From Geosiphon pyriformis uo1 (lineage: Eukaryota > Fungi > Glomeromycota): 64,000 nucleotides of DNA. The stretch is from contig JAAOMT010000009.1 in assembly GCA_016748015.1 (NCBI GenBank), positions 142,459 through 206,458 of the forward strand, read 5' to 3'. Positions 1-12,024 of the stretch are shown here, piece after piece. Numbering within the stretch: the stretch's first letter is position 1; each line of letters opens with the position of its first letter. Below the pieces are notes generated by a model. That model ran no database searches and was not told the DNA's origin. It saw only the letters and a program-made list of their open reading frames with translations. Made by a program: the position numbers and the translations under genes.

Positions 1-2267
1 GTAAAACATTAGAAATATCATTAATAGATTTAGATAAAAAATTTCTTTTTTTATCAAAATGTTTAGCTCGATCACAAATTGCATTATAAATTAAAAACTT
101 TAATTTTGAAAACTGAGAAGTAAAAAACCTCAAAATCGTACTGACACATAACATTCTTATTTTGCTTTTTGGAATTGATTCCAATTTACTAATTCTCTTT
201 TAAGACGTCATTTTTGTGCTCTTAAATGTATAATTATTATGGTTATAATTTTATTCGCAGAGGCTTTCCTTGATGATCTTGGATATTAACAAGGTGAAAT
301 TTCCTTAAGATAAGCGCTTTGCAATATCTAAAATTATCTAAAATGATATATGACCCAAATTAGATAATACGTTAAAACATCTTAGCAAGAGTGCAATAAT
401 GCCAATAACCAGTTTAAAAGAATCAAAACCTTTGTGCAGACACAAAATATTTACAGAGCAAAACTTTTGAAACTCTCAAAAGATTTCAATAATATATGGC
501 TTGTACGTAATTCTGTATTATTTGAAATCACAATTTTAAACCATCAATTTATCACTATCTGTTAACTAAACTTTACGATCTTTGTATTCAGTAATTAATT
601 AAGCTTTCAGTTATAATATTTGATTTGTAGCTAAATATTCACTCATTTAAATTCAAATTTGATTTCTGATTTTATGACAGCATGAATAGCCGCTCAGAAT
701 AGAAAAGACAATTTTTTACACCTTATCATGAGTCTTTTCGATATCTCAATAGCAACTAAAAAAAATTGAACTCAGACTACGAAGATCGATTGAAGGTGAG
801 AAATTAATTATATAAGCATTATTTTCAAAAAGCTTTAGGGTTTATCAATTTTCAATTGAATCATTTATTTTGTATGTAAAAATTGTCATCGGCTTCAAAA
901 AACATTTTTTTTTATTGTTCTAACTGTACTGCCACAACTTAGTTACGAGGACTTTATTTAATTGAATTTTTTCATCAAAAATATTGCTTTTTGAATTCTT
1001 TTTAGACGCTCATCGAATAAAATTTAAAAATAGAAGATGCAAGCTAAATTACATGAATTTTTAAATGAAAGATGCGTGGATTCTGAAAATTTTTCATGCT
1101 GATCCAATGCATGGATAGGGAGGTGCATTTTCCACATAGCTTTTACAAAATGTGGCAAGAATATTTTAAAAGTTATGAAAAATCAATTAAAATCAAAGGA
1201 AATTGATCCAATTTGTTTCCATTTTACAATTTTCACATCAGACATGTCCGTTTCGTTTGCGTTGAATTTGAATCTAAACGTTTACTAAAATTCACCTTTG
1301 AAAAATATTGGAGAATAATTGTGTATCATCAATTAGAAGGAATATTACTTCCAAATGAATTCATGTTTTACAAAAATACATACCCTCATTAAGCTAAATT
1401 TTAAAAACACAAATACTTTTTTTGGAAGAGATCAACATCTACATGCCTCAAAATCTGCCTAGAAATCACTTTTGTAAAACAGACCTTTCCTGTAAATTTA
1501 TCCAATTACCAAATTCTGCCACATCTAATTGCATTTATCGTGAGAAATTTCTTTGTATATTAAAATTTTGAAACTTGTAAACTTTAATTCGGTGCATTAT
1601 AATTCATTTCGATGGTTCATTATTCCCCTTGTTAGAGAAGTTTCCTAATTTTCCGTAATACATGTGATCAAAACGATTAGGAGGAGTAAAGGATTTTATA
1701 TTGAAAATATGCCATATGATTCTTTCAAAAGACGACTGCTTTGAATGGTATAAGTGTGTTAGGCTGAAAATCATGTTCAAATATTCAGGAAAAGAAATAA
1801 AAACCCCGAGTTAATTCACCAGATCGGAAATCAGCTGAAGCAATAACTGTGTCGATCTTCAAAAGTCGACTGAGAATACTTCAACGGGCCAAAAAAAGGC
1901 TTCGATCGAAGATGAATCCTCTTCATCTTATTTATTGAATCGAATTCTTTTATCGGTTGACAGGGCAAAATTTGTTCATTTTTCATTAAATTCGTTGGAC
2001 TAGAATGATGTGTAACAGTTTATCCCAAGTTAAGAGAAATTTTGACTGCTGCCTTAAGCCTTTTCCTATTTTAGAAATTTGAATTAGATTTGTGTAATGT
2101 TCGTGGCTAAGTAGTAGCGTTGAGTCAACAACAGGGCATATGCGGAATCAGCAGCTCACTTTGCATTGCTTTTGCACCAGGGGAAACTCCTAAGTTCGAA
2201 CGGAAAGAAATTGTTCTCTATCAATATTTTCGATACTTTTAATTTTATTTCACCACGGATAATTTTG

Positions 2268-2308
2268 TATAAAAGCTCTTCTCTTTCTAACTTCCTAAAA
2301 AGTTCATC
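2268..2308 (+). promoter_or_regulatory. Putative core promoter: TATAAAA (2268-2274) plus TTCATC initiator-like motif (2303-2308)
   Basis: The same motif pair at similar spacing precedes the genes at 12025 and 23006. Confidence 0.45.
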
Positions 2309-2350
2309 CGATTTTCAGCTTAGAATCATTTTCCACAAAAACGAATCAAA

Positions 2351-3418
2351 ATGACGTTGGGCAAATACAATTACCTCTCTAGATTAGCCTGTATTATTCT
2401 CTTGGCTACAACATTGAATACAACTGTTCTTGCTACAATAGGACGCAGACTTCAAGTTCGTGGTAATTTCAACGGAAACGGTAACGGTAACAGAAATATT
2501 GGAAACTATAATGGAAATAATAATGGCAACAAGAACAAAGGCTCTTTCAATGGTAACAACAACGGTAATTTCAACTTTGGCTCCTTTAATGGCAACGGCA
2601 ACGGCAATCGCAATGATGGCTGGTTTAATGGAAACAGCAATGGTAACGGCCGTCACTACTACTTAAGATCAAGTTATATGAAACGAGATGGAAATGGAAA
2701 TGGAAACGGAAACGGAAATGTTGGTAGTGAAAATGGAAACGGAAATGGAAACAATGATTCTGGTTCAAACAACGGTAATTTTAACGGCAATAATAATGAC
2801 AGCTCTGGTAATGGAAATTCAAACGGAAACAATAATGTTGGAAGTGGATATGGAAACTTTTACGGCAATGGCAACACTAACGTAGGACAAGTTTCTAACC
2901 AAGACAATGGCAAGATTGATGCAGGACAGGTTCCCACTCAAGGCAGCGCGGGTAGCGGAAACAATAACGGTAATGGTAATATCGGTATTTCCAACAGCAA
3001 CACCAACAGCAACAGTAACAACTATAACAATGGGCCATTATGGGGTTCATACAGAAATTTCAACTACCCATATTACCCTGCATTCTTCTCATATTACCCA
3101 GTATCATATTGGCCATGGGTATTTAGCAGTCATTATACAACTGCAGGTACTTTTCAAAGATGGCTAACTGATCATTATGATGTTGATTTTGCAAAATGGT
3201 CTACTTCTTATCAAAATAATGCTGATTTCCAAAAATGGCTTACCACACATCAATTTGAGCAAAACGATTTTGAAAAATGGGTCCTCGGGTTTTGTAATAT
3301 ACCTTCCATTTCAAAGTTGGAAAGCACCACATGCAATGGATATGAACTTAAGGATTTGAAACTGATTTATGAGATCCTTTATGGGTTTACCGGTTGGTCA
3401 AGTTGGGGCCGAAATTAG
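2351..3418 (+). CDS. Secreted Gly/Asn-repeat precursor protein with dibasic (Kex2-type) sites, 355 aa, intronless (paralog 1)
   Basis: ATG in AAAATG context; hydrophobic N-terminus (LACIILLATTLNTTVLA); RR at 2444-2449 and KR at 2681-2686; 13-aa G-[NS]-[FY]-NGNxNGNxNx repeats; non-repetitive aromatic C-terminal region; TATAAAA at 2268; clear paralog at 12025. Confidence 0.85.
   Translation: MTLGKYNYLSRLACIILLATTLNTTVLATIGRRLQVRGNFNGNGNGNRNIGNYNGNNNGNKNKGSFNGNNNGNFNFGSFNGNGNGNRNDGWFNGNSNGNGRHYYLRSSYMKRDGNGNGNGNGNVGSENGNGNGNNDSGSNNGNFNGNNNDSSGNGNSNGNNNVGSGYGNFYGNGNTNVGQVSNQDNGKIDAGQVPTQGSAGSGNNNGNGNIGISNSNTNSNSNNYNNGPLWGSYRNFNYPYYPAFFSYYPVSYWPWVFSSHYTTAGTFQRWLTDHYDVDFAKWSTSYQNNADFQKWLTTHQFEQNDFEKWVLGFCNIPSISKLESTTCNGYELKDLKLIYEILYGFTGWSSWGRN
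2462..3034 (+). repeat. Coding 39-nt/13-aa Gly-Asn tandem repeat arrays, split by KR
   Basis: GNFNGNGNGNRNI/GNYNGNNNGNKNK/GSFNGNNNGNFNF/GSFNGNGNGNRND/GWFNGNSNGNGRH, then a looser second array after the KR. Confidence 0.9.
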
Positions 3419-4326
3419 AGTTACCTTGTAACTAGAAAGTTTTTATAATCACCCATAGAAACTCCTGAATGGTCTTTAAAATCCCACCTTTTTTGTAAAG
3501 AGATAGAAAGAGAGAGAGCGAGAGAAATAGTAATGATACAGGAAAAAACTTTAATCTAGAATTGTAAATAATTTCTGAAATATTTTAAGTTCCTCTTTTT
3601 GTTATTTCTTAATGAATAGTGCTCTTTCTTTGCAAAAAATTAATCAGAAGCGATATTCGTAATTTCTTTCAAAAGATTAATGAAATAAAGGTCTGTGACC
3701 ATTTATATTCGAACCAAATTTATTTCAGGTAACGCGTGGTGAGCCGAATTGAGGTGAATTTTTTATTAATATCTATTGTTACACTAACCGCCCTACATCA
3801 TTTTATGGTCACTGATTAAACGTTTAAAAGCACTCATTATCCCTTGAAAATTTTGAACCCTATTCAAAGAAATCATTTTCACGAAGATAATTTCTTGCGC
3901 GCAAAATAAGTTTTAACGTTAATAAAAGTTGATATATGGTTACTTAACGACAGATTTCAGTAACGTTAGTTTTATTAAAAACAGGCCTCTTAATCAAGAT
4001 TTTATAGATGTCAAAGGAGAACGTTTATTTCATAATCTTTAATCTCTCGTTAGATCATAGAATTTTTGAGGATAAGAACGCTTTTATCGATATCAGGAAT
4101 GTATGCGTTTTGCATATTAGAATAATAATTCTTTGAGTGTTAAGTTGCTTACAAAGAAAATAATTTTTTTAATTTTGTCCAAGAGCAATTATGACATCAT
4201 GTCTTGCTTGGAGGTGTGTTTTGGATCATTATTCTTCTGAAATACCCACGGGTGCCTATATTTTCTGGTTGCATTTTGATAAAGTTAGTTGTTTAATATT
4301 TCGATATGATGATTCAAATTATCCCT

Positions 4327-4700
4327 TTAATATATGAAAATCAAATTTACCACGTTCGTTGATCGTGCAGCTTGAAGGGTGCTTTGCCATTGGTAACATA
4401 GGTTGTCCATCATGCTAACATGCCAAAAAGGTGTTTCGGAACATCTGCAAAGTTGTTTCGTTGGAGAATACCACCTTATACCAGTTATAATGACGATGTT
4501 TACGCGCCCATTTCTCCTTGGAGCTTTCGGTGATAAGAGGGACAGGCTTGGCAAAATGGCAATGCACCCAAGCCTTGAAAGCTTTCCCTGAATAGTTCAT
4601 TCGCTAACCTCGAAGCCCGGAGACGTTTCTTCGAACTGTGCTTTGATCTTGACTCCCGCAACGAAATATTCATACACAATTACTATGAATATCCGAGACT
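4327..4700 (-). pseudogene. Tc1-family transposase fragment
   Basis: KPVPLITESSKEKWARKHRHYNWYKVVFSNETTLQMFRNT aligns by eye with PMLTEEHKRKCVEWAKKHLNDD(W)KRTVFTDETSF-LFQNT of the Tc1 at 19.5 kb. The first catalytic D is changed to N. Boundaries approximate. Confidence 0.7.
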
Positions 4701-6682
4701 GTACCTATTTTTATTTATTATGGCTAAAATCACATTGATTGATTTTGCTCACAAGCATTTTTTATATCAAGATAAATTAATTGTCTTTGAATAGTGAACA
4801 ACTCCTCTCTAAATTGCCCTTTAAAAGGAAAGCAAGCTTTTGAGCGTTTTTACTCAGGTATAAGTTGGATGATTTATTACTAACATGCTAGGCCACGATC
4901 CTAAAAGTTTGTTCGAAGCTTAAATTCTAAATATTTTTTGTGAACTTGTGAAAGTTTGATGTTTGGTATTAATATATGTTTTTAGTTTTTGACCAATGAT
5001 TTCGATATTATCCCCTTCTTCAGATTTACAGCATATGTGAAAGCAATCTTGAATTTTTTTCAATAAAAAATGTAAGATATTTCTTTTTCTAATATTCAAT
5101 TTGGGAATGAATGAATTTTTTTATTTGAAAGTTTGAAACATATTCTGATCACTAATAAATTGTATAATCCTTCCTGGCTTCAATTAATGCCTCAACTCGA
5201 TTTTTCATAATTGTACTTTTAATTCCAAAAAGCATATAAACAGATGGAAGAAGACCTTGTTTGTGTATTTTAATTATTGGAAGCGAATCAGTTTACCAAA
5301 ACCTGAAACTAAAAAATAACAGATCAGAATAATAATGTTTTTGTGCAGAAAGCTGCCAAACTTTTAATTTTGTTTAATTTAGACGAAATATGCTTTCATC
5401 TGAAAATATAACGTTTTTTTTGTGTTTGTTGGTGAGTAAAGGTCAACCATGTAATTAGCTTCATGTAAAACTTCATTTCCCGTTGTATATCAATGTGGTT
5501 AGATCAATAACTTTTTTTGCAAGTTGTACAATTTTGGCATCTTGCTTTGGGTTGTAATTCAATTTCGGACAAATTTTGGTTGGTCACTTAGGTCTTTTGT
5601 TTCCTCCCACCTTTTTAATCCAATAAAGTGCTGTAAACTTTTACTTGATGAATATAAAATATTTGATATAGAAAATCTATCAAAGGTATTTTTTGTCTTA
5701 GGGCTCCAATTTGATCTACAAAGCGTTATTGGGGGGAGGGTTTTTATCAAATTTTTCGACACGAATTTTTAAATGATACACAAATACAAAAAATGTGTAA
5801 TTTTTAATACGAAAAACAAAAATCATTTAGGTTCTTCATTTTAGGGAAGCAGTTGACGAAAATTATTTAAAATGAAATAATTGATTTAAATAATAATGTA
5901 AAACGTTATCGTGAAATGGAATATGAAAGAAGTATATTCATTTAATATTTAAAAATTTATTTCTTAAAATGATTTTTAAATATGAGTTTTTAAAATATCC
6001 ATCACTCACAAATGGAATTAAACAAAATTGATAATAAAATAAACGTTAACAATCATACATAATTATATTCTAACCTAGATTTTGATAGAAATATAAATAG
6101 GATTTATAAAGTAAAGGAAAAAAGTTTATATTAGTAATTTAACCAATAAATTAATTTAAAATTTTTCTTGTATCATCGTTTTTTGTCGTGTTTTTCTGAT
6201 CCTAAAAATTCTAACCTCTCAAGGCTCACAGACACATTCCAATAAAAATTTGTAAGTCACCCCAACTTTTTCTCCACTCCTTCAGCGGTGAGAGAATTCG
6301 ATCAATTAGCATCCCAACACTTTTCAATTAGCTCAGATAAGCGATACAAGGTAGAAGATGATGATTTCAGAGGAAGATCATGAAAAGGAGGCTTTCTTGT
6401 CATCACATCCCATAACATCATCCTTTTGGGTAATATAAATATCACCAGCTAATGTGAGCCTTTCTCCATTTAAAACTTCTGGGAAAAATTTATGGAACCC
6501 CTCCAATTATTGTTTTTTTCGGCTGCTTGTTTGATTGTTTGCTTGTTTGCTGTTTTACTATTGGCAGGTTGACTTAATTTGTGGTCACGAATTTTTACAT
6601 CATTTGAATAATATAGGTCACGATGCAACATGAATTGCATCAAGTTCATATACAAAAACAATTAATTTTTTTAATAAATTTA

Positions 6683-7784
6683 GGGAATGGCTAAATCGAC
6701 CCACCCCCATCATGTGTTATCATTTACGTCATAGTTTCGTATTCAACTATATATAGGAACATATTAACGAGTTTATAATCAAAGAGCTCTAGAATAAACT
6801 TAATAAGTTTTCTTTTGATTTTACAAGTAATTACATCTTTTTATAAAATTACAAATTATATTCATATGATGTTACCACCTCCAGAAACATCATATAGCTC
6901 TTGTGAGATGATTATACAAAGTCTTAACATCTTTACATACTCCCAAGGATATTTAGTTACAAAACGATGCTCTGCTGCTAATGGTACTCGTATTACCTTC
7001 AAATGTGATCAGAAAAATGAATATAATGCTTCTAAAAGACTTGTATTAGAAGATCGACAATGAAAAACAGCAACTCGATTAACAAACTGCCCTTTTCCTG
7101 TATATGGACGATTACTCGAAGCTGATGAATGCTGGCATTTAACTCGCAATGCTGAACATAATCATGAGCCATCTGATAATATTGCTGAACATCCTACTGC
7201 TCGATGACTTAAATCCAAACAGAAAGTATTAGTTTCACAAATGTTAAAGTGCAGGGGTTGCGCCAAAGGCAATTTTAACAGCATTATGACAGGAAGATCT
7301 TGAACAACATGCAATTTCAAAGACTATTTATAATGAACAGGCACATCTTCGAAAAATAGACTCAATTAATTCAGATTTCAACCACATCTCTTGCAATTGA
7401 GAATCCTTTTAATCAACGAACTCGAGGACGTTCTTTAGGTGCTTTAAATCGCTCTAAACAAAATATTGCTCATCAAGAATCATCTATTCAACAAAATTTA
7501 TCCCAATTTGAAATTGTTGGAAATGTTTCTTCTCAAATTCAAGTACGTAAATGTAAAATTTGTAAGAAACAAGGCCATAATATTCGGGACTTGTTCACAA
7601 CGAAGTGTTTTTTAATTATAAAACACTATAAATTACTTAAGGCATAATAAAAAATTAAATATTTAATCTATAGTATTTTTTATTTTAATAAAACTAATAT
7701 TTATTAGAATTACTAATAAATAAATATTAAAATTCTATATATATTAATATCACGTGTTGCGGGTGGGTCGATTTAGCAATTCCC
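6683..7784 (+). mobile_element. Internally deleted Mutator-like (MULE) DNA transposon, 1102 bp
   Basis: Imperfect TIRs of about 34 bp (GGGAATGGCTAAATCGACCCACCC... / ...GGGTGGGTCGATTTAGCAATTCCC); 8-bp direct repeat TAAATTTA on both flanks; FAR1/WRKY-GCM1-like remnant (FKCD..TRLTNCPF..W..HNH) and C-terminal Zn knuckle (RKCKICKKQGHN); no DDE core visible. Confidence 0.85.
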
Positions 7785-9539
7785 TAAATTTAAAGGTCTC
7801 ATGTAAATTCGAAAATTTTTTTATTAATTCCATTATTGGATCTTTTTGTCAACGAGGTTTTCAATTTTTCATTAATTCATAAGCGATAAATTAATAGAAC
7901 AAAATTTTTACTTTATTTTCATTAATTGAAACAACAGATTTTTTTAATGTCTTTTTGATTTAAAATAATCAAATAAATAAATTTAAGTAATTTATGTTCA
8001 AAATCATAAATCTTTAATTAAAAATGTATCTATATTTTCAAGATAAAGATTTGTACAACAAAAAAGTTTTTTTTTATCGCTTTTATGAATCCACAACCAA
8101 GTTAAAAATCATTATTTTTTTAAAAAATAAATTATTTCATCAATCATATGTTAAGATAAAAAATAGAACTTACTAGAATATGATGGGTTTACTTTAGATT
8201 TAAAATTAATTAATATTTTACTGATATCTCAAAATTTGAATACTTGATTATACATGTAAATGAAAAATACATGTGTAAATTTTCTAAAACTAGAAAAGAA
8301 TGCCCAAAATTGTATTCATATATGTACTACAATTTAGTGATTAAAGTTTCCTAATTTTTTCGTATATCAATCTTGTTCGAATACATGTATTATTACCACC
8401 GAGACAAGGATTCTATTTCACGTTTTGCGAAAGGGTGTGCTAACTTAAATAACCATCACGAAACATTGATTTTATCATGAGATAAATTAATTAAATATGA
8501 AAAAAAAAGCAGGGTCATTATATTTTAGGAATTTGTAATAGGGAGAGCAGAGCATCATACGCAAGATTTGACAATACAATATGAATTAGCATCGAAAATA
8601 ATTTTTCAGAATATTTGTAATTACGATAATTGATTAGTAATTGAAAATATTAATCACTTGATTTTTTTTTAAATGAGAGGTTCTGAATGTTTTAAAAAAT
8701 TGGAAAAGTACTTTTTCTTTTTTATATTACGAATGCAAGGAGATTGATAATGAATAAGATCTTGATCTTAATCGCAAAACTTTTCAAAATTTAAAAATGT
8801 AGGCCAATTTTTGAATCAAATTCCTTTACCATCAACTCAACAATAGGGAGACACTTTAAGCATCTTGTAAAACACCAAAACAAAATGAAATTCAAGTAAC
8901 TGGAGGGAAGAAAATATGACCTTTACAAACTTACTTTTGGAGGCATATGTGGAAAATCAACTCTTTTAGAATGATGAAGGTATAAAACATATAGTGACTC
9001 ACAAAAGTCATGTCCGTGATTGAAGATAAAAATCTCTCGCCAAAATATATATTTTGTACATATATCGATCAATATAGAATATAAGAATATAAGTCAGGCT
9101 TTCAGATCTGTGATTTATTTCTTTTTAGAATTAGAACTGTTAAATGATTTACATAGTAACGAATACGGCATTCATTTTACTTATTCGCGAATATCCATGC
9201 TGATACCTCACCTTTATCCTCTTTCCTAAGTTAAAGTCTCAAAATGCTGATACCATCATTTCCTTCTTCATTACCTCTGCTACCAAGAAAGGTTACCTCC
9301 ATGCCCAATTCCCAACATACGAGCTCATTAGCGATATTTGCTCCGGCATCAATTTAAAGCATCCAGGGCTTAACACCCTACTCGAATGATCAACCTACAG
9401 TGCTTTCTCCGAGGTTGCCATGGAAGGTAGGAGAGCTTCTCGCTACTGAAGAGAATTCAGGAACAAAAACCACAAGAAAAAAGGAAAGGCAACATTCATG
9501 GCAAATGCCAAAAAATGAAGGACAATCTCAACTGCATAC

Positions 9540-10563
9540 TACTAGTCAAGATGTATCCAAACCATCCTCAGAAGCGGCTATTGAACACTGGGTAGGATGG
9601 AGCGAAAGGTGTCGCATCATTATGACACAAGATGGTATCATAAAAAAGGGGATTATTAAGACTTATGATGCTTCAAAGAAAACATCCTTTTAATGATGTT
9701 TCGGCTATCTGGAATGAAAGAAAATTTTGCAGAACCATGGTTCGTCTTGGCATAATCTTAAGAGGTTGCTTAAGCTCAGCTCCTACCTACCAAAATCACA
9801 GACGAAACATTGCTTGCGGGAAAAGAAGTTATTAAACGTGATACACACCGAGAGCAAGGTGCAGCAACAGATTATCTTTCTTTTCAATATCGTAAGACAC
9901 TGTATCACAACATAATAATTCGTGCTCAGAATTTTGTCAAGTTGCCTTGGAATCGCTTCTAAGGATAATAAATTTTTTATGCTTTTTTTTAAATTGTTAT
10001 ATCAATATTTGTGCCATTATTTTTAAGGATAAACAACTATGGTCTTCTACTTCGAAAAAAAAAACGTGAAAATAACAGTGGCCCTGTTCATACAGTTTCC
10101 ATTAATTCTGGTATTCCCCTCTAAAGGTGTAGGTGAAATCGGGGAATATAATATTGAACATATTGTTCGTCTTTGCACTTGCACCTATATGGGATAATTG
10201 ATATCACGAAAAGAAAGATTCTCTCAGTCAACATCCAAACGCAAGAAAAAGAAGGCTAGAAGATTCGACAAAGCAGTCTCATGTACGCGAAGAAAAATTA
10301 TGCATTTGCAAAACAAAATCCACAAAATGGCAATTGCATTCTTCATTCATGAATTCGACGTTATCATCATCCTGCCGTTTGATGTTTCTAACATGGTGGA
10401 TCGAAAAACAAGAAAATTACGCGAAAACTGGTCCAAGAAATGCTTTCTTGGGCACATTATTAATTTCGCCAACGCTGAGGAATTCGGAGTGTGTGTCATT
10501 GTCCAGAGTGAGGCTTATATGTCCAAGACTTGTAGCTGGTGTGGTAACGTCAAAGTATCGTAG
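9540..10563 (+). pseudogene. Decayed Fanzor2 (eukaryotic TnpB/IS607-OrfB-like) nuclease gene
   Basis: N-terminal KMYPNHPQKRLL/EHWVGWS (OrfB HTH-like); VSINSG at 10095-10112 (degenerate xDPG RuvC-I); WYSP.KGVGEIG..IVRLC; basic helix; IILPFDVSNMV; EAYMSKTCSWCG. Frameshifted and truncated before RuvC-III. Confidence 0.75.
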
Positions 10564-11944
10564 GTATCTTTCTATAATTACCAATTCCTAGTACAGTAAG
10601 TGCTCACCCTTAGGACCAAATAGGATTAATGCACTTAGAGAGAATATGCACTTAAAGAATAGCCAATAATAAACATACATAGCCCATATACATGTCTACA
10701 GTACACGTGACTACCTAAACAAGATTTACTACTTAACAAACAATTGGAAACTTCTAATTGGTAATTAGAGAGTATTCAGAATATAGAGGATATGCACTGT
10801 ATTGGCTATTATTGACGCAGTCCATGGTATGGGTGAGAAAATCGAAACTTTGGTGGTAGGATTGATTGCTCTCAAATTGGCGAAAAGGTTTACGCCTTCC
10901 TACCAAATATCATTATACAATGCACTATTTGAGAGAAGTTTGACCAAAGTTAGAAAGAAGTTGCTTCTTAGATTAAACTATACTTTGAGAATGATCCAAC
11001 CTCAAGAGTTAAAAAGGGAATTCAAAGAAATTGAGCAAGAATTAAACAGAGAGAGAGCTGAAATCAAGCATAAGATCACCTATGTGAATAATTTCAACAA
11101 CGTCAGGAATAAAAGCGATTATAATTTGGATACAAAAGGAGGAAAATAAATAAAAGATTTAAGGTAATGACATCTTAAACTACATTTGAATTCAGATATT
11201 CACTTTGTCTGATTTTGTACGAAATAATAGATCCAATATTGTTCAAATTCAATTATAATCAAAATCTAGAGTTAATGCAGGCACAAACATGTAAATTTTT
11301 CCAAATTTGGGGGTAGACAAAGAAAGAAACCTTTGACAATAGAACAACATTTCTTGAAATTACGTTAATTTGAGAAACTTAGTAATTTTCATTCTCAATG
11401 GATGAGGCTTGGAAGTGAAATTACCCAAACGATAAAGTCGAGCTTTACATCAGAAAACTATGCAAAAGAAAATTTTAATTCGTTCAAGTATGTATACAGA
11501 TAAGCCATTTTTAGTCACAGGAAAACCATAGGCAATTTAAAATTTTTCCTATTCAAAACCTGTCTTTTCTGGAATAGAACATTTTATCATTGAATCGAAT
11601 GAAAATCTTTTCCCAAAATAAGAAAATCTCAAAACACAGCCTGATTTAAAAATGTACAGGTATATGTATATGTACATTTTAGGATATTTTCCCAACAAAA
11701 ATATTCATTGGCAATATGATCAGAATAGGCATGAATTTCAGTGAGCCTCTTTTGAGAAAATCAGGTCAATTTAGTTCCCTTGAAAATTTTTTTTCGTCAG
11801 AATTTGACAATGAAAATTAACAAAAATGGCAGAACTTATAGTCATCTTTATGAGCATTTAGTATTACGATAGAGCATTGAAACATAATGAAGCCTTTTCC
11901 GGCGTGTATTCTTGAAAAATTCTTCGGTTTGACCGGAATTCCTT

Positions 11945-11979
11945 TATAAAAACGAGAGCCCTCACAAAAGTTTTTCATC
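11945..11979 (+). promoter_or_regulatory. Putative core promoter: TATAAAA (11945-11951) plus TTCATC (11974-11979)
   Basis: Lies 80 nt upstream of ATG 12025; same arrangement as at 2268 and 22932. Confidence 0.45.
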
Positions 11980-12024
11980 AGCCAAACTCAAAGAATTAAA
12001 ACAATCTACGACTTGATTAAAAAA

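Noticed and set aside
2384-3359. Met/Val/Thr-rich alternative ORFs over paralog 1
   Set aside because: Same shadow-frame effect.
10802-11149. 115-aa ORF with a coiled-coil-like end
   Set aside because: Non-ATG start in the track, no recognisable motif, and it lies among TE fragments.
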